Positions 36,729 to 49,437 of a stretch of 64,000 nucleotides of DNA are shown in pieces. Made by a program: the position numbers and the translations under genes. Every line of letters begins with the position of its first letter. The stretch's first letter is position 1. A model generated the notes under the pieces. The model saw only the letters and a list, made by a program, of their open reading frames with translations. It searched no databases and was not told the origin of the DNA. The DNA is from Saccostrea echinata (lineage: Eukaryota), in assembly GCF_033153115.1 (NCBI RefSeq), contig NW_026889779.1, forward strand, positions 32,054,001 through 32,118,000, written 5' to 3'.

Positions 36729-38884
36729 TATAATGATGAACTTGATATAAAAAACACCACAGAATTTGTTAATCTGTTTCATATTTGGATGTTTTGCTAT
36801 CAAACTATAGACGGTAAAGGGAAGCCATCAACCGATAATTGTTAGCGTCTCAATATCAGTTGGCAAGGTCGTCGGACAATTTTGAAAGCAAATATTTTAG
36901 TGGAATTTTTCTTGTGATGATATAGCAACACGATAATTAAGGAGTGCTTAATTACCGGAATTAGTGAGTGTGTGCTTATATTCTACAGCCCATTCAATTC
37001 ATTCGTATCTGAATACTGGGATTAGATAATGTTTTTAAAAAATCAATAAAAGTTTACTTGGTGTTATTCAGATTTCAGACAGATTTTTCTGATTATTAAT
37101 GTGAAAGTGCATAATCTAGCTAAATTCGTAAACTAGGAACAGCAATGAAATAAATAAAAGGCAAGAATCTGATTTAGTTTTAAAACTGCAAGAAAACGCT
37201 AATGACATTAGTGGGATGTATGGTACTGAAAAGAGAAATTCATGTAAACTTATCTGTAAGTTTGAATTAATGAAGATGTTTTCAAAGGAATGATTAAGAA
37301 GTTCTTAAGTTGGTGAGAATATATCTCGAAACTCTCTTAATCTATTTTACCGCTTTAGCATAAACATGTTAATTTCCTTTGAAAACTGCAAAACTGCGCG
37401 TATCACATAGTGGAACTGAAATACTGTTCATAAAATGTTTTATGTTTTTTTCTATGGGTAAATTAAGAAAGACACCTGGCCTACTTAGGATCATGCGATT
37501 TTAGCATGTGAACAGACAGTTTCCGGTCCTCCATTAGTGAAGACCTCTTCTGCTACTTCCTGGGACCACTCAGCAGTTTATCAAGAGCTGCATTATCGCT
37601 AAGACGAACAATCTCCAATTTCACATCCATGAAAGATCTATATAGGACCAAGGTTATGTTTTTGTTTATCATTGCATCAGAATTTAATATAAAAACATTC
37701 TTGGTTTTTATTTCAGGGAACGAAAGTTTACTTGCTTAGATTGACTTAAGCTAGTGCTGTTTAACAAAGGAAGCAGACCTTCCTGAAAATGCAAAAATAG
37801 GTACAATACGTACTTGTAATGTGTATTGGTATTGCCTATAACTGTATTTACTATGTTAAGTTATTGCTAAAAAAACATTAGATCTGAGAATTTACAAAAG
37901 GTCATATACACTCTAAATGACGTCACCTTTATTTCATTGAATAGTCTTCGAGTCAAAGGTGTCAAGGTTACATTTTTAGATAGTTAAAAATGTCGATATA
38001 TAAACGACTTGTGGATTTTTTGTCTGCCCATTCTTCATTAAAGTACTTTTTCATTTTACGCTAGTATGTATTATAATCAGTATGTGTACATACAGCAATT
38101 AAAGATATGACTTAATAAAGCATATTATACTGACAGCAGAAAACGGTGATCTGATGATAATCATTAAAATTTTTCGTAAAATAGAAAATATCCCAATATA
38201 TGCAAGATGCAATTTACTTTTAAGTAATGTTAACACGCAACTTATTTCAATCAGAATGCAAAAATGACTTCTTAAGTTTGTAATGAAAAGAAACGCTTAA
38301 GATTCGGAGGTTAATTGTTGTCAAGCTGCTTTTATGTTGTAAATTTTTAATTTACTAGGTGGAGGCAAATACAAAAATGTACAACATGATAACTTGTAAT
38401 AATGGTGTAAATTTTGCATGTACTTCCACCTCTGTCAGTAAATTTATATTCTTGGCATCTGCAAAGATACTAATAGTTTTTATATTATCATATGTAACAA
38501 TGCATATTCACAGAAAATGTCCATGAAATAATTACGTTTGAACATAATAAAATAATTTAATAATAATAATAATAATGATAAAATGAAAAAGTAATAATTG
38601 AAGTTGCATAAGTTGCACGTCAACATACATGTAATAAGAAACTTGCATGACGACACAAATGCATGTTAATTTTTGAGTGCAAAAAGGTCAAATAATTGAA
38701 CATGCGGAGTAATTTGAAAATTTCTTCGTTGGCACAAATTTTAATGTATCTATTTAAGATGAAATGAGACTGTGTTTGTTCCAAAAATTTATTTGAACAA
38801 AAAATATTGGGGGAGAATAATTTGAAATTTTTTTTCTATCTCTGTATATCAATTAAATTACCATAGACAATGTCGACATTGCAG

Positions 38885-39452
38885 GTGAAGGAACAGTGAT
38901 CGATCTCAAAAATAAATAAATAAATAAATAAAAATAAAACAGGGCAATAAACACGGACCCCTACAATTCCAGAGAAAGGATCAGGTGCCTAGGAGGAGTG
39001 AGCATTCCCTGTCTTACACACGTCGGCTAGTTCTGTCGAAATGCAATTATATAGATATATGTCAACATGTTTTGGAGTAGCTCCACAATTTTCTCTTCTT
39101 CAACACACAGCATGCATTATATTTATATAGTGTATCGACATGTAACTTGTTTATATCGACATGCAACTTATTTTTTCTTTTATTTGTGTATCTATTTATT
39201 TATAGTCATTTGACATATTTGCTGAATATGAATTATTATTCATACAGAAAAGCTAAAATTATTGGTATTTTTCTTACCTGTAAAGAGAAAATGAAAAGGT
39301 AAAGAAAGCGAGCAGTCAGCAGTGATATAATTCATAAACCCATGAAACAAATCATGAAGAGGGCAAAACAACACTGGATAAAAGTGGGTGGAATCAGGTC
39401 CATAAGAGAAGTAAGCATCCCCTGTTGACTGGTCACATACGCTGTGTGCCCT
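38885..39452 (-). mobile_element. Two degraded Penelope/Naiad-like tail repeats (38885-39012, 39290-39452)
   Basis: GGATCAGGTGCCTAGGAGGAGTGAGCATTCCCTG and GTAAGCATCCCCTGTTGACTGGTCACA. Confidence 0.6.
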
Positions 39453-40199
39453 CTGTGTTGAATTAGATAAGCGGAATAGTCATTTTTGCGATCAATGGGG
39501 GGGGGGGGTATGTCAGTCAAAATACGTCCCAGTGATAGGTTATATTTGAAAATAAAAGTTTCCAAGAATGAACAGCTTAGGATATCTACAGAACTTGTTC
39601 TCGGCTTTATTTCATAATGTAAGAACTGTTTGAGTAATATTTATTTTTTACCAAGAAAAAATACTGAAATAAATAGTACTTGGAACAATTAATCTCTAAA
39701 TCTTTCAAGGCATTATCCTCATGATCTTCTACAGTGTTGAAATTGTTGCAAAAATATTACTATTATTTAATGTTCAATCTTGAATATAAATAAATTTCCA
39801 AACTCCTAGCAACAAATTACTTTTATTTGAAATTTACTGATCCGCACATTTAAAACAAGAGATAGCACTTAGGATAACTTATCAAATTCAAAAGAAAATA
39901 TCAAGATAATGCAATAGGGTCTGACACCACCTTTCTTTTTCTAGATTTACTATGAAAGTATTAGGTAAATGATATTTATGGATTGAGGAAAATTCGAATC
40001 AATTGACAAATTGAAATGTCATAGACGTTGAATGAACTTTTAAAGCATACAAAGAAAAATAACAACAATCAAAGTAATTGCGCAGGTATTTATGATTATA
40101 TCTGACTGGGACGAGGGAGGTCCATACTAATACACATTAGTTCAATACGTCAATGCGTAATATTGTATAAAGTGTAGAGTTATAATGTTTCATAAGTTT

Positions 40200-40305
40200 T
40201 TAGCTCACCTGAGCCGAAGGCTCAATTGAGCTTTTTTGATCAAAGAGTGTCCGGTATCTGTCTGTCGTCTGTTAACTCTTCACACTCTCGACTTCTTCTC
40301 AAGAT

Positions 40306-40338
<33 letters not shown>

Positions 40339-42452
40339 AGCATCCTTGGGTAAAGGGAATTTGAGTTTGTTCACAGCAAGTCCTCTTTGAAGGGAAGATA
40401 ATTAAGAATTCGTGAAAATTTGGTTGCATCTTTTTAAAATCTTCTTCTCAAGAACCACTGGGCAAAAAAAGATGATACTGAAAATGAAAGCTTCATTATA
40501 TACTCTAGATTCAAGTTTGTTCATATCCTGAACCCCACGGGTAGGGCGGGGCCACAAGAGGGGGTCGAAGTTTTACGTAGGAAATGTTTTTAAAAATCTT
40601 ATTCTTGAGAACAGCAAAGACATGATTAGTCATATTGAAATAGAAGTATCCTGAGGTAGTGCAGATTCAAGTTTGTTCCAATCATGACTCCTGGGGGTAG
40701 GGCAGGGCCACAATAAGGGGTCATAGTTTACCATAGGAATATATAGGAAATATCTATAAAAATCTACTCAAGAACAGCTAATTTAAGCCATTATTAGTCA
40801 TATTATTACTGAAGTATCATCAGGTAGTGTAGATTCAAGCTTGTTCAAATCATGACCCCCCCCCCCCCCCCCCCCCGGGTAGGACGGAGCCAAAACAGTG
40901 GGTCAAAGTTTTACAAAGGATTATATAGGTGTAATGGTTAAAGGGCATTTGAGTAAAACACATTGAAGACTTTAAGTAATAAAATTACCTAACAACCCTT
41001 GGAATGGATTTTCCAAACCAAAGGGTAAACCAAAGGCAAATCTTTGGGAAAGTCAGGCATTCAGAAGCTAGCTGAAGAAGTTGGATATTGAATCAGCAAT
41101 AAAGAAGTTAAGGTATTCCATCCCTAATAACAACAGATTCGATGAAATTGAATACATAACAGATGTGTAGGTATTGAACACTCAGTATATTTAGACATAA
41201 TTCTCATTTATTACTATTAGCATGTAAGGGTCGGATTTGTCCATATTTTTGATCTTGAATTTAGTAAGAGTTATCTCCCATTATTTTTTATTAATAAAAA
41301 AATCAATTTAAAAACTTATCTGGTAGAAAATGTTTTTCAATTATCATTCTATTTCTTAAGTTTTGATGCATCTGTACACCACAGTATTTATTGATATTCT
41401 TATTATTTGAATTTTTATTTTTAAAAAATCGCTTGTGCCCATAGACTTCAATGCAATGTTTGTTAATTAATTACTGCTTAGTTAATTACATTTATGAAAC
41501 TTCCTCTTGGTAAATCCCTTTCTCACTGTAAAATGCTTTAAATTAATATTAGAGTATTATATACGTAACGTACATTTAAATATAGAGAATTTGGTCCTAC
41601 TAGGGATAGAAAACCTTAAGGGTAAGAGCAAAAAAAAAAGTATAAAAGTTATAAACACCAATGACAAGTATCCTAAGGAATTGGTGTTAAGTTCTGGGTT
41701 TAGTACATCTGAAGAAGATTGAGACACCCGGTTTTTATCTGTCAGTGGGAACCTAGGGGAGAAACAAGGTGCAAGTAGTACCTTACCCAGTCCCCGTCTC
41801 TAGATAAGAGAAAATTTAAGTACTGTGTGACATACTCTCAGACAGAGCTGTCTTAATAATCATTCCAATCATTAACTCAGACAGAGTAAAAGGAAAACCT
41901 ATATATCCCTTGTAAGAACCTGATCATACACGTTACACAGGAAATATCCTTAAAATGTTCTTCTCAAGAACAACAAAGTCATTATTAGTCATATTTATAC
42001 AGAAGCAAACTTAGGTATTGTAGATCCAAGTTTGTTCAAATCTTGACCCCCAGGGGTTGAGTGCACAACAGGGAAAAAGTTGTGCATTAGGATATATAGG
42101 AATCATCCTGAAAAGAATCGTCTGCTCAAGAATAACAAAGCCGTGATTAGTCATATTATTATAGAAGCATACTCAGGTAGTGTAGATTCAAGTTTGTTCA
42201 AATTTAGGGTGGATAGGGTGGGGCCACAATGAGAGATCAGAGTTTTACATTTGAAAACATAGGGGAAAAAATCTTTAAAATTCTTCGGTTTAAGAACAGC
42301 AAAGCCATGATTTGTAATACTGATATGGAAGCATCCCGAGGTAGTGTAAATTAAAGTTTGCCCCCCCCCCCCCAACGTTCAATACTGGACTGTTTTCTGC
42401 TTCTTCCTAGCCAATGTGCTCAGGTGAGCGATGTGGCCAAAGAGCCTCTTGT
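40200..42452 (+). mobile_element. Helentron/HINE (DINE-1-like) non-autonomous element with internal ~160-170-bp tandem units
   Basis: Head TAGCTCACCTGAGCCGAAGGCTCAA, short (GTCT)n tract, repeated GATTCAAGTTTGTTC/GGGGCCACA units, tail GCTCAGGTGAGCGATGTGGCC..GCCTCTTG, T-rich flanks. Confidence 0.7.
40930..41937. mobile_element. Possible solo LTR nested in the HINE array
   Basis: TGTAATG ... CGTTACA termini, near-TSD TAGG/CAGG, interrupts the unit motif TATAGGAAATATC. Confidence 0.45.
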
Positions 42453-42617
42453 TTTAATTATTTGTCGTTGTTTTCAGTAACCCTTTAAATGATCTTGGAT
42501 TTTAGATGCTTTAAACATTGAAGACATTTACAGTTTGTTTGTTTGTTTGTTTTTTGATCAATCATTGTTCGTTATCTTCACATTATTCATTTAATAAATT
42601 AAGTTTTCAGGTGAAAA

Positions 42618-43053
42618 ATGAAGGTAAAGATAACGTACAGTGATCATTCTTTGAGGTCTATTTCAGCAATACAAATTATATGAGACCCAACACGGAAAAA
42701 CAGGGTTGGGATCAGGTACCATGAAGGAGTAAGCATCCCCTGTCGATCGGTCTTATTCGCCATGTTCTCTTGTCATGTTCGGGTTAACGAAAATATATCT
42801 ACTTTTCTGCTTATCTTAATTGTCTTCATTAAAAAAGTTCACTTCATGACTGAAAAAACCCACTTTATTATATTTACCGACCTTGGCAGGGGGGCACGCG
42901 GCGGATGTGACCGGTCGGCAGGGGATGTTCATTCCTCCATGGCAACTGATCCCACCTCTGATGTATTAGAGATCCGTGTTTGCTCTGCTCCTATTTTGTA
43001 ATGTTTAATGGACTTTTGAGCTCGAATACTGTTCGTTATCTCCACATATTTCA
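42618..43053. mobile_element. Two Penelope/Naiad-like tail repeats in opposite orientation (42618-42760 on -, 42875-43053 on +)
   Basis: Family core on both strands; the + copy is close to 13225-13455. Confidence 0.65.
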
Positions 43054-45269
43054 TAAGATTCATACATTAGAAAAGAAGAAAAAGATTCATTAGAACTCTG
43101 GATTTTCCTTGCAATAAAAGCTATGAATGATCAGAACTCAAAATCACAGGAGTTTTGTTCAATAAAAGCTATGAGTTATCAGAAATAACCTGGGTTTGAC
43201 CAAAAGTGTTAGCATAGATTCAGTGCCATTTAAAGAAATTTTTCGCAATATAGAGACAATTATTTAGCTATATACATGTTTATACAATGCAGCTAATTTT
43301 GTAGGCTAACGTTTTGTAAGCTTGGAGTGAACGTTCGAAAATATTTATTTGTTTATAATAGTATGTTCATGTAATACCGTATGAATCAGTTGTAAATTAC
43401 CATTTATTATAGTCCGTGAACAGTTGAAAAAACACTGATAAATACATGATGTCATTATGATAAAGCATTGACGAAAACAACCGTGAAATTAAATATCGAT
43501 TTTACGGAAACTGAACCCATACATGTGTATATAAACTTAATCAAACACATAATTAAACGCTGATAAATGAATCTCATATTTTTATTTTTGTAAGGTTCAT
43601 GAGATTTTAATCAACAAAACAACTCAATTATCTAACAGAGGTGTCAATAGTTCATACGATTATTATCGACAATGCCCTATCTAATACCTGCCCAAACTCA
43701 CCGTCACCAGGCGACGAAAATTAAAAATGATTACTGTGTTTCTCTAACTTAGATGCCCGTCAAAGACAGTGTCATGCTATGTTTGACGAATCTCTGGTAT
43801 AAGTGAAAGATAACCTTTCCCATCCCCCAGGTCCAATTTCTCTGTCTGGATTATCGTCAGAGAAAACTACACACCGGTTATCGGGATTTTGTAAGGCGGC
43901 ATATTGGCGACGGAAAAAAGAAATATGCGATATCTCTATTTAATATTCCTCTACACAACAAAAAAGTCAATAAATTGATAATTTCCGTCTTGGAATTGTT
44001 TTCCCTTTTCCTGATGACTTTGTTGCTATTTGATTTCTTGTAAATTACGGCGAAGTTCACAGATTAAAAAAATGAGGTACCACTCAGTTCTAATGGTGTA
44101 TTTGCAAACGTAATGTTCGCTATTTCTTGCAGGAGAAATAAATTTTCATAAATGATTGAATCAGTTGAGAAGTTTTCAATTTCTTTTTAATCCAATGTAG
44201 AAAAACCTTATGTTCACCTGGAAGGTCACGAGCAGGTGAGCATAACGCAGTACTTTTTCTACCATGTTTGATCTCAGTCAATCAGAGAGCTATAAGGTTT
44301 ATCCAATCATATGATTTTGAATTATTATTTCCTTCAATCGAACCCCCTTCCACACCCAAGAGTGCGTTGTATATCTCCTCTGACTTCGTTGAGTGGAATT
44401 AAATAGAGCACAGGATCACTTCTAATTCAAACAACTCTATTAGGTTTTTCATATTTCAAGTGAGTTTAATAAAAAAAATTAATTTATGAAGTTCAGTTCT
44501 ATAAAATAAGTATATGTTTTTGTAGAACGGAGAGATGACCATCAAAAACACAGTAGAACTTTGAAATTTAATCTGACATGAATTCAAAATTTCTTTCTGT
44601 ATTAGTGTCATAGTTTCCAACTTCTCTCGATTTCCTCACTGACATTTCCCATACTCATGTTCTTTTATTTATTTTTAATAGTTACCTCTGCTGATTTTCC
44701 ATTATATTAATTTATTGACTTTTGCTTAATTTCTGAAATGTATTTGATTAATGATTGATGAATTACTGTCACCTAAAATTCATTTGATATTTTCATGGTG
44801 TAAGATCTACCTTTGAGATTCCCCTTTCAGAAATGGTCCTAACATAGATTGAGCTCAGCCTTCACTTTAGCTAGCAGACGACTTTTATAAACGCTGGTTG
44901 ATAATCGCCAATATCCGGTATTTTTCACTATAAGTATTCTAATAAATATTCGATTCCATTGTATAGAAGTAATAACAGAAATAATGTTATTGACAAAATA
45001 TTTGATTCATCGCGATTGAAAATCTATAAAATATCCAATGTGATGACACATTCTTAAATATTTGTTCTATTATCGTTATAATGACTTTGTTTGTATATAC
45101 AACCTAAGATAGGGTCGTATTTTGTTTGTTTGTTTAGCATGGTGACCATAACAACTCGACTCCTCTGTCTCGGGAGCGTCGTTTATCCAATGTGGATATA
45201 AAGTATGAGCGCCCTCTTATTTTCATATCTCATGTGTTTAAAGTCTAAAGTAAACGATATTTTAGGGAT

Positions 45270-45784
45270 TTGATAATTATATTGTTGTTAAGATATTCAA
45301 CTATTTTTCTAATTGTAACTAGGCGATCTTTTATAATAAATTGCTCAACTAAGGACATATATATCTTTTCTCCGACTTCCTTTCGCTGGGCAACAGATCA
45401 AACCTCATTTTTAACTATCTCCCTGCCTTCACTAAAACAATCAATCCAATTAATGACTGAACTGCTGGTAAGTCGTTTGTCTTCATAAACCTTGTACAAA
45501 TTATCATATTCTACTGCAAAGGGATTTCCAAGATATACGTTAAACTTTACAGCCGTTCGTTGGTCGAGTACATGTACGACTGAGTCATCCATTTTTTGTC
45601 ACAAGTCACCTACATATTGACGTCATTTTCACATTGTGACGTCACAAACACGGAGCAAAACATTATATGACATCTGTTATTTATAGAACATGTGTATGAC
45701 TATATGTGTGCCAAATTTCATTCTGATCTGAATTGTGGTTTTGTAAATATAGAGATAGTTCTCGAACTTTTTGATCACCCTTCG
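45270..45784 (-). mobile_element. 5' remnant of a mariner transposon (TIR plus N-terminal HTH of the transposase)
   Basis: DQRTAVKFNVYLG..LYKVYEDKRLTSSSVINWIDCFSEGRE and DRLVTIRKI match the mariner N-terminus. TA|CGAAGGGTGATCAAAAAGTTCG terminus at 45784. Confidence 0.7.
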
Positions 45785-46849
45785 TACTTCACCAAGCGCT
45801 TGGCACTTTGAAGTGAAAGTTGGGGGTTTCTGAAGATAAAGATACTTCACTGCTCAATTGCCCTGAGTATCGAGTAGAGGTCTAAAATTGAAGTCCTTCA
45901 TATGTACATGGTGACGTCTCTATAGGAGGAAAAAATTCTCGAATGGGACGAAAAATAACATACAATCAATCAATCAATGCATTGTTTATAAGGTCACTGT
46001 TCATCCACCCCCCTTTTTCATTGTGAATGTAAGGAAGTCCATGAAAGGAAATTTCTCTTACAAGAAACGACATTTTGTTCCATAAAACATACTTTCGTCA
46101 TTTATTTTAAATGAACAGTATATAACGTGAATTCTAGATACAAAACATATCATCATAAATCAATTTCTACCGTGCTTATTCTGTATCACAGATTTTGTAG
46201 ATATTCCAGGGGTCCGTGTTTCTGCCCTGTTCACGATTTGTTTTGTGGATTAATGAGATTGATCACTGTTCGTTATCTTCATATTTTACATGAATCTGTT
46301 GATGTAATCTTAGATGTAATATCTTTCTCCATAACAAAATATTGATAAATTGGTTTTCGGTGTTACATCTTTTAAAAATAGTATACGGTTTTTTTTAATT
46401 TAACATTCTCGATAAATATAAAATACATGGTTACTGTCTTGAAATATAATTTAATTTCGTTTGTATTCTAGCCTCTGATTGGTTAATATCCAAAAAGGAA
46501 CACAAATTATTTCTGTATAACCTGGTTTGGTATAGGGACACCCCCCCCCCCCCCCCCTGACAACCAGCTGAATCATCTGTATCCATACAATCCTCTCATT
46601 TCCAGTCCTTGGGATTCATGGAAAATTCCAGATTTAATAAATGTACCTTTAACTTCAAACAATAATTCGATCTTACCACATGTAAACAAACAACAAGGCT
46701 GCTAGGCCTATGTATCAGTTTTTACCTCCCCTCGCTTCCCATCACTTCCGTTACTACGGCTGTATTATTGAGCGGCAAATTTGAACTAATAAAAAGCAAC
46801 GAAATTTTACACCCGTAGTTATTTAATGATTTTAAAATTAAATTATAAG

Positions 46850-47000
46850 GAATGACTCTAATTCTTGGCCAAATTATTCGAGTATAACCTGGTTTGGGTC
46901 AGTTTACGCTGTTTTATAATCCGCTTCGCGGATTATAAAGCGTAAACTGACCCAAACCAGGTTATACTCGAATAATTTGGCCAAGAATTAGAGTCATTTC
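46850..47000. repeat. Near-perfect ~150-bp palindrome with GCTTCGC apex (part of a Crypton-like non-autonomous element)
   Basis: AATGACTCTAATTCTTGGCC..ATAATCCGC-TTC-GCGGATTAT..GGCCAAGAATTAGAGTCATT. Confidence 0.85.
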
Positions 47001-47003
47001 TAA

Positions 47004-47103
47004 AATAAGCGATATTTGGGCGAGGGTAAGAAAACGTAATAGAGGGCGAGGCTTGCCGAGCCCTCTATCAAGTTTTCGACCCGAGCCCAAATATCGCTTA
47101 TAT
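47004..47103. repeat. Imperfect hairpin with GAGGCTTGCCGAG apex (Crypton-like non-autonomous element end)
   Basis: AATAAGCGATATTTGGGC..ATAGAGGGC GAGGCTTGCCGA GCCCTCTAT..GCCCAAATATCGCTTAT. Confidence 0.7.
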
Positions 47104-47512
47104 TTCAAGACAGTCACCATGTATTTTGTTTATCCTGCAACACATTTTACAGGACCTCCAAAACGAGCTGTTTTCAACCGATTTAGGTACATCTCTGCAG
47201 TTGAAACTATGACGCCATGGCGTAAACATTGCAATATTCATGACGTCACAATGCTTTTAGAACGTCGGAATACGTGCACGAGGCTTTATTAGGGCATTGA
47301 CCGAATAAAGCTTTGGTTTATTAGGTTACCTTTATTAGGTCAATACAAGGGGTAGTTGCAGGATAATACACAATATTGATGTAGTGGTAATTGATGTTTC
47401 CATCCTATCTTGATAAATTGGTATAGTAGATGTTATCAAAATAAGATGTAATATCTTTGTGGAATTCACATTTTTGATATACATGCAATAATATTTGGTG
47501 TTACCATCTTAA

Positions 47513-47563
47513 AGGGGCTGGACACAGTTGCATTGGTTACATTTTAAATTTCTATGCTATTAT

Positions 47564-47609
<46 letters not shown>

Positions 47610-48459
47610 AAATGAATTAATCTTACATGATTATTTTAGAATTCAATGACAACGACATTCTTTTTTAACCACGTCGATCATCTGTTTTTGTAAACAGGGC
47701 ACGAACTCTGTTAGCTGCATAACTGTAGCGTTATGGTTAACTTTTATATTTTAGTACTTTAGTCTTGTTGTGAATTGCTTCAAATTCACAACAAGCAAGT
47801 TTATTGGTCTGAAGAAACGACAAAAAGGGTTAGGAGATGGATAAAATATACATATTGGTTATAGAATATGACTAGAATTAGGGAATAAAAGGTAGTTGAT
47901 TGACCAATGGTGAAAATTGGCGAAATACATCCCCAAAGTGCGTAGAAAATCTTTCGCCGTAAATTGCACAATATTTGCATTACGGGGTCTGTATCGTTAT
48001 GGTCAAAGACTAAAATATAAAACTATAACGCTACTGTTCTGCAGCTAGAGCTCTGTTATTGTTAATGTTTACGTTTCACTTTAATGTTACGTTAGTGTTT
48101 TCAATTTCTTAAACTCTGCACACATCACTGAGCACGGACTGACAATAGTGGTGAGTCGGTTTTGCTTTCTCACATTTCTACTGTGAATTTTCTGGATTAT
48201 AGTTTTAATATTTTTCATTAATACACAACAAAATTTCAACTTTTCTCAAGTATTAAGGATAAAGTTTACTCTGTGAAAGTGCAAAAATGTATCAATCAAA
48301 CGCGTCCTGAAATTCGTAGTTTCAATAATTTCTAGATAAAAAAATTTCTGAACACGTTTTTATTATATTTCTGTTTGAAATACTATGGCAAAATATAAGT
48401 CATGATATTATACAGAACTTTTGAGGAACTATGAACTTCAAATCTGTGTGCAGGCCCCT
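47513..48459. mobile_element. Non-autonomous TIR element (Kolobok-like) with internal poly(A)
   Basis: TTAA|AGGGGCTGGACACAG ... CTGTGTGCAGGCCCCT|TTAT. Confidence 0.5.
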
Positions 48460-49437
48460 TTATAATGTTAGATCTTTGTCAATTTAGCAATCTCGATAAA
48501 CTAGTATTTGATTAAACCATCTTAAGAAATGACATATTTCAATTTCATAATGATGAAAAATTGGTAGTCATTGTCATTGTCATCTTACGATGTGATATCT
48601 AACTTCAATTACCCTATTTTGATTAAATGTTATTGGATGTTACTATTAATAATAAAATGTGATATCATTGTCGATTTCACAAAATGATGAATTAGTATCT
48701 GATGTCACAATCTTTAAAAAGATGTGATGTCTTTTGTCGATTTGGTAAAGTCGATGGCATCTTCAAATGTGATGATATCTTGGTAAATTACTCATTAATC
48801 TAATGAAATTCGGTGTTATAATCTGAAGATTGGAAGTCAACAATTTTAACAAATTGGTAGTCAATGTTACCAAAAAAGTGGGACAATACTTTTTTTTCGT
48901 ATAAAAGCTGTGAAAATTTTTACGTTTATCAGAAATTTAAAATGGTCTGATCATTAACTTGGCGACAGAATTTCAAAACTATTATGAATTCTGTCGAGGA
49001 TTATGCCAGACGATGGGTCAAATATATAAAAGAAGACCATAACACATTGTCAAAATGGACTTAAAGTATTATTGATGGTGAAATCTCGGGTTAAACGGTT
49101 GCAGGACATGAAAACCATATACCCTTCCTTCCTCAACACTGTAAAAGTGGAAACTTTGACGATGATGAAACATTGAACTACGAGTAAATTGACGAATACC
49201 TAATAATCGTAAAATTTTCCACTCGTCAATGTTCACACTCCTGTGAAAGAGCACTGTTATATACTAGTAGATCGTCAACGTTTCCACTTGAAATTTCATA
49301 ATATACCGATCTCATCAAACCTTCAACCCTTCAATGTATGTACTTTTACAGTAATTCAGAAGTGAAAAAGAATTAGACAGATTACACATTCAATTTGACA
49401 AAGCAGGTATCAACTCAGTTGTTGTTTGTAAGACTCA

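Noticed and set aside
43750-44270. Possible minus-strand coding exons (e.g. RRQYAALQNPDNRCVVFSDDNPDREIGPGGWERLSF)
   Set aside because: No recognisable homology and no consistent exon chain could be built
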